Below, piece after piece: positions 43,966 to 58,823 of a stretch of 64,000 nucleotides of DNA. The position numbers and the translations under genes are program-made. Numbering within the stretch: the stretch's first letter is position 1; every line of letters begins with the position of its first letter. The DNA comes from Pristiophorus japonicus (lineage: Eukaryota): assembly GCF_044704955.1 (NCBI RefSeq), contig NC_091986.1, forward strand, positions 166,408,001-166,472,000, in the 5' to 3' direction. The notes under the pieces are model-generated. The model was given only the letters and a program-made list of their open reading frames with translations, made no database searches and was not told where the DNA came from.

Positions 43966-46464
43966 GTAAGTACTGTATATCTTGTATGGATATTGCTTGT
44001 CAGAATTATTGCTGAATGGTGCTAAAGTTGCTCAGAATTGCAGTGCTATATACATAGTTAAGGATTTTTGAAGCGGGTGAATTAGTGGGAAGGTAGCCCA
44101 TTTGTTAAATATCTAGATTAATTTGTTGAGGTTTTTGTACAAGTTTATATTACTGTATAGTTTGTGTTCCTGTTCTCCACTCTTTCCCACTAACTTCTGG
44201 CTTTGTGATCTTTGGGAATCTAGGGACAAAGAGTTGGTCTGTGGGATGACAAGATTTCACTGCTTATAACCAATTGTGTTTTAGTTTATACTATTATGAA
44301 ATGTCGGAATTGATGAGTATCGCTATCCGTGTCATGGAATGCTGCTGGAACCTCCACCTACTCTGCAGTCCCAAACCACTCTGCTCCCTTTGTGTTTGAA
44401 ATGAAAATTATTTGCCCTTTGGGTTAATACTATGTTGATGTGATGTATTCTAGTGCATTTTTCCAGCAGTGGCTATCGGACTTTGAGGGGGTATTGTATA
44501 GTAGAGCAAGATAAAAATTGGGATTTGATTGCTGTAATGTTTTATGGGCAGTATTGCCATTACTATAGGTCTGTTGTGTTTAGTCTGTCATTCCTTTGAT
44601 GGTCTTGTGCTTTTTCATTTGCACTTACAAAAGACTAAGTAGAGGAATAGATAGCTCTGGTGGGGAGGGGGCATTTTAGGACTGGACTGGACTGGAGTGG
44701 AATGGATTGGAGAGATAGGGAATGGCAAAAATATGGAGGAATTTAAACAATAGGACAAGAATTTTGAATTGGAGATGGAGATTGTGACCACCCATAAACA
44801 TTTATTTGTTCTTGGGGCACGGGCGATACAGGCAAAGCCACATTTTTTTTGCCTTTCCCTAGCTTTTACCAACTGAGTGTGCATGCATTTAATGTAATCT
44901 AAGAATCCGTGTGTCATCATGTCAATTATGTATTTTTTTCTTTGTAGTATTTCAGAGCTAAGATTCTTTTAAAATACAGTAATGCCCTGTACCACATGCG
45001 GTCAAGTGACTGTTTCATAGGCTACTGTATTTGTTCGTCAAACCTACTGCAGAATGCTGAAAGCGACAATGTCCTTGTGTTTTAATTGCAACTTTGTTTA
45101 TCTAATTTGTTCTATGAATGATTAATTGAGTCAAAAAAGGTTTTTGTAACTAGGTGACAAATCGATTTTTGCTTAATACAAAATTAAAGCAGGGTAGAAG
45201 GGCCATTTAGCCCAACCAATCCAATTTGCTGTTTGTTCTTCAAGTGAGCAGTAGTCCTAATTCCCATGTGTCTGCCCAGGATCACCAATCTTGATCTCTG
45301 CACTTGATTTATTTGATATATAAGCCAATAAAGAGGCCTACATTTGGAGCAATTTAGATCTGAATTACTTTTTCTAAGGTATTAAGGGAAATTAGTTACT
45401 CCCTCTTTTTAGGGAAATCTAGGCAGATAATGCATTAGTTTGGTTCTTAATGTCTAGAAAATCTATTAGAAACAGCATATTGGAATATATGATACACTAA
45501 TCCTTAATGTCACAGTTATGTTTGTCACTTATACCTTTCAGATTTTCATGTGGGCTGAATGTAGGACATGTTTTCTGTTTTAAAGAAATACACTTGTAAT
45601 TCCATAGAACAGATTTAAAATGTAATACTATAGGAAAACAAAAGTTGGACAGAAAAGGCAGTAGGTTGGGATTTCTTTTAATATGACAACATCTTGTCAA
45701 TATTTTAGTATCTTGTCTTAGCTTTTCAAAAACACAATGTGATTACATACTATAAAACAGCAAAATGGAACAGAAAAAGTAATTGTTTTAAATGTGAAAC
45801 TACCTTGTTATTTAAAGGACCATAATATTTCAGTACCTTGTCTTTCCTGGTTGTGAAGCCAAAAACATCAGTTCTGCCAAAAAAAAAACAATGAAAGGTT
45901 ATCTGGAAAATTAATTAGTGGTTTCTAGAAATGGGCTATGCAGTCAATGTCTATTTATAGTTATATGTTAAGTGGTGAAGTACTGATTGTGAAATAGATC
46001 AATTAGATATGTAGGTTTTAAACTTTTGACCTGTTAGCTTAATTGGTTTTGCTGTTCTGAACTAGTTTGTGTTTCTGATTTAGGAGCATAAGGAACAGGA
46101 GTAGGCCATTCAGTTCCTTGAGTCTGCTCCGCCATTTAATTAAATCCTGGCTGATCTGCACAACTTCTACACCAATACAAGCAAAGTTTATGCAAATTGT
46201 CCTCAATTTAACTCCATAGGCCCTAGTATTCTGGTCAATCTGCGCAAGGTTCAGTGCTCAAACATAGCACTCCAGCTGAAGTCTGTTCAAGGCTCTATAC
46301 AACACTATTAATTGTTGATCGTGATTCAGCTCCTTACAGTTTGATTGAAGAAGCCTATGGATTGTTATTACTAACCATACAGATTTTTCCTCCCGAGAGA
46401 AGGAGCTGAACCTAGACTGAAAGTTGATCAAGGACAGAGCTCAAGTATGTGAGCTACAATGTTC

Positions 46465-49040
46465 TTTTACCAAAGGGCAGAAAACGCTAGTGGGAGTTGT
46501 GTACAGACCACCAAATAGTAGTAATAAGGATGGGGACAGCAACAAACAAGAAATTAGGGATGCGTGCAATAAAGGTACAGCAGTTATCATGGGCGACTTG
46601 AATCTACATATTGACTGGGCTAACCAAACTGGTAGCAATGCGGTGGAGGAGGATTTCCAGGAGTGTATTAGGGATGGTTTTCTCGACCAATATGTCGAGG
46701 AACCAACTAGAGGGCTGGCCACCCTAGACTGGGTGATGTTAATGAAAGGACTAATTAACAATCTTGTTGTGCGAGGCCCCTTGGGGAAGAGAATTCTTTA
46801 TTCAGATGGAGAGTGACACAGTTAATTCAGAGACTAGGGTCCTGAACGTGGGGAAAGGTAACTTCGATGGTATGAGACATGAATTGGCTAGAATAGACTG
46901 GCGAGTGATATTTAAAGGGTTGACGGTGGATAGGCAATGGCAAACATTTAAAGATCACATGGATGAACTTCAACAATTGTACATCCTTGTCCGGAGTAAA
47001 AATAAAACGGGGAAGGTGGCTCAACTGTGGCTAACAAGGGAAATTAAGGATAGTGTTAAATCCAAGGAAGAGGCATATAATTTGGCCAGAGAAAGCAGCA
47101 AACCTGAGGAGTGGGAGAATTTTGTAATACAGCAGAGGAGGACAAAGGGTTTAATTCGGAGGAGGGAAATAGAGTATGAGAGGAAGCTTGCTGGGAACAT
47201 AAAAACTGACTGCAAAAGCTTCTATCGATATGTGAAGAGAAAAAGATTAGTGAAAACAAACGTAGGTCCCTTGCAGTCAGATTCAGGTGAATTTATAATG
47301 GGGAACAAAGAAATGGCGGACCAGTTAAACAAATACTTTGGTTCTGTTTTCACGAAGGAAGACACAAATAACCTTCCGGAAATATTAGGGGATCGAGGGC
47401 CTAGTGAGAAGGAGGAACGGAATGATATCCTTATAAAGCAAGAAATTGATGGGATTGAAGGCCGATAAATCCCCGGGGCCTGATAGTCTGCATCCCAGAG
47501 TACTTGAGGAAGTGGCCCTAGAAATAGTGGATGCATTGGTGATCATTTTCCAACAGTCTATCGACTTTGGATCACTTCCTATGGACTGGAGGGTAGCGAA
47601 TGTAACACCACTGTTTAAAAAAGAGGGAGAGAAAACGGGTAATTATACACCAGTATATCAGTAGTGGGGAAAATGTTGGAATCAATTATTAAAGATGAAA
47701 TAGCAGCGCATTTGGAAAGCAGTGACCGGATCGGTCCAAGTCAGCATGGATTTATGAAAGGGAAATCATGCTTGACAAATCTTCTGGAAATTTTTGAGGA
47801 TGTAACTAGTAGAGTGGACAAGGGAGAACCAGTGGATGTGGTGTATTTGGACTTTCAAAAGGCTTTTGACAAGGTCCCACACAAGAGATTGGTGTGCAAA
47901 ATGAAAGCACATGGTATTGGGGGTAATGTACTGACCTGGATATAGAACTGGTTGACAGACAGGAAGCGCAGAGTCGAGATAAATGGGTCCTTTTCAGAAT
48001 GGCAGGCAGTGACTAGTGGAGTGCCGCAGGGCTCAGTGCTGTGACCCCAGTTCTTTACAATATATATTAATGATTTGGATGAAGGAATTGAGTGTAATAT
48101 CTCCAAGTTTGCAGATTACACTAAACTGGGTGGTGGTGTGAGCTGTGAGGAGGATGCTAAGAGGCTGCAGGGTGACTTGGACAGGTTAAGTGAGTGGGCA
48201 AATGCATGGCAGATGCAGTATAATGTGGATAAATGTGAGGTTATCCACTTTGGCGGCAAAAACACACAGGCAGAATATTATCTGAATGGCGGCAGATTAG
48301 GAAAGGGGGAGGTGCAACGAGACCTGGATGTCATGGTTCATCAGTCATTGAAAGTTGGCATGCAGGTACAGCAGGCGGTGAAGAAAGCAAATGGTATGTT
48401 GGCCTTCGTAGCTAGGGGATTTGAGTATAGGAGCATGGAGGTCTTACTGCAGTTGCACAGGGCCTTGGTGAGGTCTCACCTGGAATATTGTTCAGTTTTG
48501 GTCTCCTAATCTGAGGAAGGACGTTCTTGCTATTGAGGGAGTGCAGCGAAGGTTCACCAGACTGATATCCGGGATGGCGGGACTGACATATGAGGAGAGA
48601 CTGGATCAACTGGGCCTTTATGCACTGGAGTTTAGAAGGATGAGAGGGGATCTCATAGAAGCTTGCAAGATTCTGACGGGACTGGACAGGTTAGATGTGG
48701 GAAGAATGTTCCCAATGATTGGGAAGTCCCGAACCAGGGGACACACAGTCTTGGGATAAGGAGTAGGCCATTTAGGACTGAGATGAGGAGAAACTTCTTC
48801 ACTCAGAGTTGTTAACCCATGGAATTCCCTACCGCAGAGAGTTGTTGATGCCAGTTCATTGGATATATTCAAGAAGGAGTTCGATATAGCCCTTGTGGCT
48901 AAAAGGGATCAAGGGGTATAGAGAGAAAGCGGGAAAGGGGTATTGAGGGAATGATCAGCCATGATCTTACTGAATGGTGGTGCAGGCTCAAAGGGCTGAA
49001 TGGCCTACTCCTGCACATATTTTCGATGTTTCTATGTTTC
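46465..49040 (+). mobile_element. CR1 LINE, 5'-truncated, frameshifted
   Basis: APE and RT motifs across ORFs 46424-48759; TTCTATGT tail. Confidence 0.93.
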
Positions 49041-49089
49041 GTCTGGATAAGGAAGAAATTCTCTTGAGCACAAAAGTCTATTTTTAATA

Positions 49090-49255
49090 TAAAAACAGAA
49101 ACTGCTGGAAATCTCAGCGGGTCAGGCAGTATTTGTGGAGAGAAAAACAGAGTTAGCGTTTCAGGTCGACGAAGGGTCTGCCTGACCCGCCGAGATTTCC
49201 AGCATTTTCTGTTTTTATTTCAGATTCCAGCATCCGCAGTATTTTGCTTTTGCAT
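49090..49255. repeat. Palindromic Penelope-like repeat
   Basis: AAAAACAGAAACTGCTGGAAATCTCAGCGGGTCAGGCAG ... CTGCCTGACCCGCCGAGATTTCCAGCATTTTCTGTTTTT. Confidence 0.65.
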
Positions 49256-50228
49256 TAGAATATTTTTAATGTTCCTGTATTATCTTAATGTGAAAACTGA
49301 GCGGTGATCTTTTCAGTACACTGACATATATAGTACGGTGTATTGAATTCTACCCACTGGGTAGCTTTGGGCAGAAACGGAAGAGTTTCTTGTACTCTGC
49401 AGTGTCACCTTATGGTTACGATCAGTACAGCAGTCTCTACAACTGTTAGGAGCTGACTATTACATGATCTATGATCCATTTTGTATTCTCAATAACTATG
49501 TTTAAATGTCTAGTTTGTCTGTCAATCACACTTTAGTTCGCTACGATCAAAAGACTGGTTGGGTCGAATGGATTGTTTCTGTGTTGTAACTTGTGTATTG
49601 GGGCAGACAGTATTATTGTAAAGAGAATCCCTGCTCGCCACCTTTTCTGTCATGTGGAGATAAGCCCCTGAAGGCTATTCCAGGTGCAATAGTATTGAGT
49701 TATGAAGTATTGTGTCCAAGGAGATAAACATTCAAAAATAAATATTCCATAATCAAATAAAATCTTTTGTATTCTTTTGTCGATGTTCAATTTTTAAATA
49801 ACTCAGAGTAGTTTGCACCCCTAAATAGCATTGTCTTTCATTCTTCTATCTGAAAGCCAGGAGAACATGAGATGGCTAGTATGAATCTCGGTATGTAAAT
49901 ATAGACAAATATTTTTAGATTGGTAGAATGTGAATAGTAATGTTCCCCGGTGATCTGTACTGGGAACTCTTTCATTTATATAAATAATTTGGACATAGGC
50001 ACAAGAGGAATGATACTGAGGTTTAATAATACCAAGTTCGGGAGCATGGCAGACTGTAAGAACAAACGGATTAGCACAATGTACAGTTAGGTGGCAGATG
50101 TAGTTTAAGGAGAAATATAAATTGACCTTTGGGCAATGGAAATGAACACCTTCAGGAGAGTGCGTTAGGAAGTATCTTTTCAAGGGAAGAATAGAGACTT
50201 ACATAAGTTCCATGTTTTTTTTCTCAAG

Positions 50229-50289
50229 ATTCTCCAGCGTGAAGTCTGAACTTATGCCAAGTCATCCCCTGGAAGTTTTGGAAAACAGT
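50229..50289 (+). CDS. POMP: POMP exon 3 (FSSVKSELMPSHPLEVLENS)
   Basis: AG acceptor after T-tract, GTAAGT donor, 61 nt, phase-compatible with exon 2; HPLE motif. Confidence 0.95.
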
Positions 50290-50354
50290 GTAAGTCCAGA
50301 AACATTGCATTTTTATTAAACTTATACTGCACTAAAATGTGTTTTATCTTCCTG

Positions 50355-50560
50355 CAGTGGTCCAGTGAGCAAAGGCACAGTACAGTGTGATACCGGACCA
50401 TATTGATTCTAAGCTCCTAGACTCTATGCCTTGCTTTATATTGAGTTTGCTGATCTCAGTCGGGGCAGCAGTTGGGGTACTTTGATTAGCATCAGCACCT
50501 TTGGGATTGAGAGGAAAACAGTCATGATTCCTGTTCCAGCTTTTTATTGTAATGATTTGT
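50355..50560 (+). mobile_element. LF-SINE-like element, degenerate
   Basis: TGAGTTTGCTGATCTCAGTCGGGGCAGCAGTTGGGG resembles the LF-SINE core as recalled; similar copy near 57200-57390. Confidence 0.55.
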
Positions 50561-51037
50561 GTTGAAAAGTGCATGCATGTGAACTTCATGAGGACCGGGT
50601 CAACAGTTCAATGAAAAGAAATGTGAACACTTATTTCCATGTTATTAAGGCATTTATTTGTTACAGGGTCATGTGCAGTCAAATAATCCAAGGACAAGGT
50701 TCACACATGCAGAATGGCCACTTGGTTGAGGTACCAATTGGCCTTCACATTCAAAGGTGAAAGCGGCAAACTGCAAAACAAGAAAAAATACACATACTGT
50801 ACAATATTGTAAAAACTACAGATGTTTTAAACTTCAATATAATCATCATGGGTGGCATCTCATTTGTATGATAGTTAGATATCCACTGACATTTGGTAAC
50901 CAGAGTCCTAAACTACTGATCATTACCAAAATGGTAGTTCAGTTAATTTACACAAAAAATGTGTTTTTTAATGCAGTACAGATTGGAACATTTGATTTGA
51001 CAGGTTCTATGTAGTGAGTTTCTAAAATTGACAATTT

Positions 51038-54000
51038 AACATAGAACATAGAAAGTGGGTGCAGGAGTAGGCCATTCGGCCCTTCAAGCCTGCACCACCA
51101 TTCAATATGATCATGGTTGATCATGCAAATTCAGGCATTCCTGCTTTCTCTCCATACCCCTTGATCCCTTTAGCCGTAAGGGCCACATCGAACTCCCTTT
51201 TGAATATATCTAACGAACTGGCCTCAACAACTTTCTGTGGTAGAGAATTCCACGGGTTCACAATTCTCTGAGTGAAGAAGTTTCTCCTCATCTCGGTCCT
51301 AAATGGCTTACCTCTTATCCTTAGACTGTGACCCCTGTTCTGGACTTCCCCAACATCGGGAACATTCTTCCTGCCTCTAACTTGTCCAATCCTGTCAGAA
51401 TTTTATATGTTTCTTCTAAATTCCAGTGAATATAAGCCGAGTTGATCCAGTCTTTCCTCGTATGTCAGTCCTGCCATCCCAGGAATCAGTCTGGTGAACC
51501 TTCGCTGCACTCCCTCTAACAAGAATGTCCTTCCTCAGATTAGGAGACCAAAACTGCACTCGATACTCGAGGTGTGGTCTCACCAAGGCCCTGTACAACT
51601 GCAGTAAGACCTCCCTGCTCCTATACTCAAATCCCCTCTCTATGAAGGCCAGCATGCCATTTGCCGCCTTTACTGCCTGCTGTACCTGCATGCCTACTTT
51701 CAATGACTGATGTACCATGACACTCGGGTCTCGTTGCACCTCCCCTTTTACTAATCTGCCACCATTCAGATAATCTGCCTTCCTGTTTTTGCAACCAAAG
51801 TGGATAACCTCACACTTATCCACATTATACTGCATCTGCCATGCATTTGCCCATTCACCTAACCTGTCCAAGTCCCCCTGCAACCTCTTAGCATCCTTCT
51901 CGCAGCTCGCACTGCCACCCAGCTTAGTGTCGTCTGCAAACTTGGAGATATTACACTCAATTCCTTCATCTAAATAATTGATGTATATTGTAAATAGCTG
52001 GGATCCCAGCACTGAGCCCTGCGGCACCCCACTAGTCACTGCCTGCCATTCTGAGAAGGACCCGTTTATCCCTACTCTCTGCTTCCTGTCTGCCAACCAG
52101 TTCCCTATCCACGTCAATACATTATCCCCAATATCATGTGCTTTAATTTTGCACACTAATCTCTTGTGTGGGACCTTGTCAAAAGCCTTTTGAAAGTCCA
52201 AATACACCACATCCATTGGTTCTCCCTTATCCACTCTACTAGTTACATCCTCAAAAATTTTTAGAAGATTTGTCAAGCATGATTTCCCTTTTATAAATCC
52301 ATGCTGACTTGGACCGATCCTGTCACTGCTTTCCAAATGTGCTGCTATTTCATCTTTAATAATTGGTTCCAATATTTTCCCCACTACCGATGTCAGGCTA
52401 ACCGGTCTATAATTCCCTGTTTTTTCTCTTTTTTTTTAAAATTAGCTACCCTCCAATCCATAGGAACTGAACCAGAGTCGATAGAATGTTGGAAAATGAT
52501 CACCAATGTATCCACTATTTCTAGGGCCACTGGGATGCAAACTATCAGGCCCTGGGGATTTATCGTCCTTCAGTCCCTTCATTTTCCCTAACACCATTTC
52601 CTGACCAATAAGGATTTCCCTCAGTTCCCCCTTCTCTCTAGACCCTCGGCCCCCTAGTATTTTCGGGAGGTTATTTGTGTCTTCCTTAGTGAAGACAGAA
52701 ACAAAGTATTTATTCAGTTGATCTGCCATTTCCTTGTTCCCCATGATGAATTCCATTGATTCTGACTGCAAGGGACCTACATTAGTCTTCACTAATCTTT
52801 TTCTCTTCACATATCTATAGAAGCTGTTGCTGTCAGTTTTTATGTTCCCTACAAGCTTACTCTCATACTCTATTTTCCCCCTCCTTATTAAACCCTTAGT
52901 CCTCCTCTGCTGAATTCTAAATTTCTCCCAGTCCTCTGGTTTGCTGCTTTTTTCTGGCCAATTTATATGTCAATTCCTTGGATTTAACACTTTCCCTAAT
53001 TTCCCTTGTTAGCCACGATTGAGCCACCTTCCCTTTTTTATTCTTACACCATACAGGGATGTACAATTGTAGTTCATCCATGTGATCTTTAAATGTCTGC
53101 CATTGCCTATCCACTGTCAACCCTTTAAGTATCATTTTCCAGTCTATCCTAGCCAATTCACATCCCATACCGTCGAAGTTTCCTTTCTTTAAGTTCAGGA
53201 CCCTAGTCTCTGAATTAACTGTGTCACTCTCCATCTTAATGAAGAATTCTACCATATTATGGTCACTCTTCCCCAAGATTGGGGACCAGATTGCTAATTA
53301 ATCCTCTCGTTGCACAAGACCCCGTCTTGGATGGCCTGTTCTTTTGTTGGTTCCTCGACATATTGGTCTAGAAAACCATCCCTTATACACTCCGGGAAAT
53401 CCTCCTCCATAGTATTGCTACCAGTTTGGTTAGCCCAATCTATATGCAGATTAAAGTCACCCATGATGCCTGCTGTACCCTTATTGCATGCGTCCCTAAT
53501 TTCCTGTTTGATGCCATCCCCAACCTCCCTACTACTGTTTGGTGGTCTGTAAACTAATGTTTTCTGCCCTTTGGTGTTTCGCAGCTCTACCCATATCGAT
53601 TCCACATCATCCATGCTAATGTCCTTCCTTACTATTGCGTTAATCTCCTCTTTAACCAGTAATGCTACCCCACCTCCTTTCCTTCCTGTCTGTCCTTGCT
53701 GAATATTGAATACCCCTGGATGTTGTTCCCAGTCTTGGTTACCTTGGAGCCATGTCTCCGTAATCACAATTACATCATATCCGTTAACAGCTATCTGAGC
53801 AGTCAATTCATCCACCTTATTACGATTGTTCCTCGCATTGAGACTCAGAGCCTTCAGGCTTGTTTTTTTTTTTAAACACCTTGTCCTTTTAGAATTATGT
53901 TGTAATGTGGCCCTTTTTGATTTTTGCCCTTGATTTCTCTGCCCTCCACTCTTGCTTTTCTCCTTCCTACCTTTTGCTTCTGTCCTCTTTTTACTTCCCT

Positions 54001-55312
54001 CGGCCTCCCTGCATAGTTTCCAATCTCCCTGCCATATTAGTTTAACCCCTCCCCAGCAGCATTAGCAAACACTTCCCCTAGGTCATTGGTTCTGGTCCTG
54101 CCCAGGTGCAGACTGTCCGGTTTGTACTGATCCCACCTCCCCCAGAACCGGTTCCAATGTCCCAGGAATTTGAATCCCTCCCCCTTGCACCATTCCTCAA
54201 GCCACGTATTTAGCTGAGCTATCCTGCAATTCCTGCTCTGACTAGCACGTGGCACTGGTAGCATTCCTAAAATTACTACCTTTGAGGTCCTACTTTTTAA
54301 TTTAACTCCTAGCTCCCTAAATTCAGCTGTAGGACCTCATCCTGTTTTTTTTACCTATATCGTTGGTACCTATATGTACCACGACATCTGTCTGTTCACC
54401 CTCCCCCTCCAGAATGTGCTGCAGCCGCTCCAAGACATCCTTGACCCTTGCACCAGGGAGGCAACATACCATCCTGGAGTCTCGTTTGCGGCCGCAGAAA
54501 CGCCTATCTATTCCTCTTACAATCGAATCCCCTATCATTAGCTCTCCCACTCCTTTTCCTGCCCTCCTGTGCAGCAGAGCCACCCCTGGTGCCATGGACT
54601 TGGCTGCTGCTGCCTTCCCCTGATGAGCCATCTCCCTCAACAGTACCCAAGGTAGTGTATCTGTTTTGGAGGGAGATGCCCACAGGGGACCCCTGCACTA
54701 CCTTCCTTCCACTGCTCTTACTGATGGTCACCCATTCCCTATCTGCTTGTGTAACCTTTACCTGCGGTGTGACCAACTCACTAAAAGTGCTATTCACGAC
54801 ATCCTCAGCATCGCGGATGCTCCAGGGTGAATCCATGCGCAGCTCCAGTGCCGTAATGTGGTCTGTCAGGAGCTGCAGCTGGAACTTCCTGCACATGTAG
54901 TCGCCAAGGTCACTGGCAGTGTCCCTGATTTCCCACATAGTACAGGAGGAGCATGACATGGGTATGGGCTCTCCTGCCATGACTTAACCCTTAAATTACT
55001 TAATTTGGCAACAATGCCAAAGATTACCAACTGATGATGACAAGAAAAAAGATTAAGAAAAAGAAAACTACTCTCCACGCAACCAATCACTTACCCTCTT
55101 GATTGTGACGCCACCTTTCGATTACTTTTTACTTCTTTCTTACTTGACCCTGCTGCAGCTAGCTGCTCCCGAACTGCCGCCGACCCCGGACTGGCGCTGG
55201 GCCTTTATAGGCACCGCTACTCCTCCGGCCACTGCTCCCGAACTGCCGCCGACCCCGGACTGCAGCTGGGCCTTTATTGGCCGCGACTGCTCCTCTGGCC
55301 GCTGCTCCTCCG
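51038..55312 (-). mobile_element. Apparently full-length CR1 (5' UTR, ORF1 zinc-finger/esterase, ORF2), degenerate
   Basis: ORF1 CSSCTMW (54504-54980), GDSIVR..HIGTND SGNH motifs (54323-54640), APE 53294-53815, RT 51416-52384, 3' tail. Confidence 0.92.
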
Positions 55313-55444
55313 ACGAAGGGTGTTTGCTTGAAATTCAATGATGTAAAATTCCAGTCTTATTAAATAGAAACTCTGCATTTCGTCTTTCTATCGGTGAACT
55401 TTGATCAGAATAATGTTGAGGGTGATGACTGCATGTTCATCATT

Positions 55445-57186
55445 ACATAAGAAATAGGAGCAGGAGTAGGCCATTTGGCCCCTCGAGCCTGCTCCGCCAT
55501 TCAATAAAATCATGGCTGATCTGATCCTGGCCTCAACCCCACTTCCCTGTCTGCCCCCCATAACCCTTAACTCCCTTATCATTCAAAAATCTGTCTATCT
55601 CCACCCTAAATATATTCAGTGACCCAGCCTCCACAGTGCTCTGGGGTAGAGAATGCCAAAGATTCACGACCCTCTAAGAAGAAATTCCTCCTCATCTCTG
55701 TCTTAAATGGGCGACCCCTTATTCTGAAACTATGCCCCCGAGTTCTAGATTCCACCAGAAGGGGAAACATCCTCTCAGCATCTACTCTGTCAAGCCCCCT
55801 CAGAATCTTGTATGTTTCAGTAAGATCGCCTCTCATTCTTCTAAACTCCAATGAGTATAGGGTCCAACCTGCTCAACCTTTCTTCATATGACAACCCCAT
55901 CATCTCAGGAATCAACCCTGTGAACCTTCTCTGAACTGCCTCCAATGTAAGTACATCCTTCCTTAAATGAGACCAGGTGTAGTCTTGCCAACGCCCTGTG
56001 CAGTTGGAGCAGAACTTCCCTGCTTTAATACTTCTATCCCCTTGCAATAAAGGCCAACATTCCATTTGTCGTCTTGATTATTTGCTGTACCTGCATGCTT
56101 TTTGTGTTTTATGCACAAGAACCCCCAGATCTCTCTGTACTGCAGCACTTTGCAATCTCTCGCCATTTAAATAGTAATTTGCTTTTTTATTCTTCCTACC
56201 AAAATGGATAACCTCACATTTTCCCACTCGCCGAGCCTATCTATATCCCTTTGTATTCCTTAGTCTCTTCATAACTTGCTTTCCCACCTACCTTTGTATC
56301 ATCAGCAAATTTGGCTATGTTACACTCAGTCCCTTCATCCAAACCATGAATACAAATTGTAAATAGTGGAGGCCCCAGCACTGATCCATATGGCACCCCA
56401 CTAGTTAGTTTGCCAACCTGAAAATGACCCATTTATCCTGACTGGCTAACTAATAGAAAACAATCATCTATCCACGGTAATATATTACCGTCAACCCTGT
56501 GAGCTCTTATCTTGTGCAGTAACCTTTTATGTGGCACCTTATCGAATGCTTTCTGGAAATCCAAATACACACCATCTACTGGTTCCCCTTTATCCACCCT
56601 GCTCGCTACATCCTCAAAGAACTCCAGCAAATTTGTCAAACATGATTTCCCCTTCATAAAACCATGCTGACTGCTTGACTGCATTTTGATTTTCTAAATG
56701 TCCTACTATTCCTTAATGATGGACTCTAGCATTTTCCCAATGATAGATGTTGGGCTAACTGCTTTCCGTCTCCCTCTCTTAAATAGGGGCGTTACATTTG
56801 CGGTTTTCCAGTCTGCTCGGATCTCTCCAGAATCCAGGGAATTTTGGTAGATTACAACCCATGAATCCACTATCTGCACCACTTCTCTTAAGACCCTAGG
56901 ATGCTGGCCATCAGGTCCAGGGGACTTGTCCACCTTTAGTCCCATTAGTTTGCCTAGTACTTTATCTCTGATGGTGATTGTTTTAAGTCTTCCCCACCCC
57001 CACTAATTCCTTGATTATCAGTTATTGGGATGTTTTTAGTGTCATCTACCATGAAGAGCGATACAAAATATTTGTTCAAAGTCTCCACCATTTCCCTGTT
57101 ACCCATTATTAATTCCCCAGTCTCATCCTCTTAAGGGACCAATGTTTACTTTAGCTACTCGTTTCCTTTTTATATACCTGTAGAAG
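55445..57186 (-). mobile_element. CR1 LINE RT/3' fragment
   Basis: KSPGPD, QHGF, YLDFQKAFDKVPH, KFADDTK. Confidence 0.9.
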
Positions 57187-58823
57187 ATAAGAAGTAAAGA
57201 CTGTGTCTCAGATGTACACCAGGAAGGTTCCAGATTTAATCCCTGATTAAGCTTGTTAGCTCATCTCAGTTGGGGTTGCTAGAATTGGCAGCAGTGTCCT
57301 TTTTTAGGAAAGGAAAAATCATTTATGATTTCTGCTAGAGCAATACCCTTTTTTAAAAAAAAATCCTTACTAGAAGTGTGCGTGTGTAAGAGCTGCCCAT
57401 TGTGAGAAGTTTTTAAGTATCTGAATGGCTGTTGTCTGTTACTGTCTTGATAAAAACTTCATATGTGTAAATTATATATATATATTTATATTCAGTGGGT
57501 TGCAACATTTCTTTACAAAATATATTGAAAGGTCCTGTCCTATCATGTCTGTTGGAAAATTGTCAACATTTACCTGCAGTAAATAGTGTGAATTAAAGTC
57601 AAATTAGATACAGAAAGAGAAATAAAGAGGGGGAAAGAAAGATTGGATTAAGAGTGAGAGAAAAAAAGAGACAGAAAGGAAAAGTTAGAAAACTCTAATC
57701 AAAGGTCAGCGACGGAACCTGAGAGAGGATTAAGAAACGGAATCAAGTTGTCAGAGGATGAATTAAAACATGGCTGCTGGAGAAAAGAAAATGGCTCCAA
57801 TAAAAAGATTCACAGTGAGATTAGTTTATTGGGAAGAATTCATTATGTTGGACTTGCCTTTCATCCTCAATGTGACACACTGTGCTGCCACCCAGTGGCA
57901 TTGTGATGAGACTCCATGCTGACTCCTCTGCAGGGGAAAATATGGGATGTTATTTTTGGTTAGAGTTTTGTCATCCCTGAAGAAAATCTGGAGCTGATTT
58001 TCCTCGCAGCACCGAAAGTGTCATTTTGTGGCCAAACTAACAAACCATCTGAGCCAACTAATCATGTGCATCTGAACTTGGTGTTTAAGATCGGCTCTCA
58101 TACTCGTTTGAATACCTGCCACGAATCACCAGAACATCTATTCTCACTTCCCCAGATCAGTATCTTCTACAGAACTGAAACACTGTCCTTTTGCTAGATA
58201 GGTCTCTGTGACACTCAAACACAGTCCATTGTGGAGCCTAGCTCACTAAATGCAGAAGATAGTGCAACAAACTTCTACCCCAGTCCCAGCAATTCATTGC
58301 TCGGATCAAGCTAGTCTCATTGGAATTAGCTACCTCTGCAGTGTTGCCACATGATCTGGTAGCTGGAAGAATTGTCCTAACGTCTCCCCACCTTTGAAAG
58401 AAGGTCTCTGCCTGGTGGTGGATAATAAGTTATATCCCACCCAACTAAGCAGAAATGCAAAACTTAATGGGGTGCAAAGATAAGCCTGCTCTTCTCATCT
58501 CCTGTGCCTCTTACCTGTTCACCGTTGCTCCTCCTTTGGTCCTTATGCACCTGGGTTTAATTATTCTCCTGCTTTTTAACTTTCCTTGACCTGAACACTA
58601 CACTTGGTCTTCACTACCCATGTGCAATGAGGTTGGAGACTGACTGGTATGTATGCATGTTATATGGCTTAACGGACTTTATTTCTATGTGATTAGCTTG
58701 GAAACAAAATGTAGATATGCCATATTTGCAAGCAGGAGAGAAGACAATTGGATGAATGCCATGAGTCGTGATTTTCATTTCTCAGCAGTTTCATAGAAAT
58801 TAATATATATTTTGTGTATTCAG

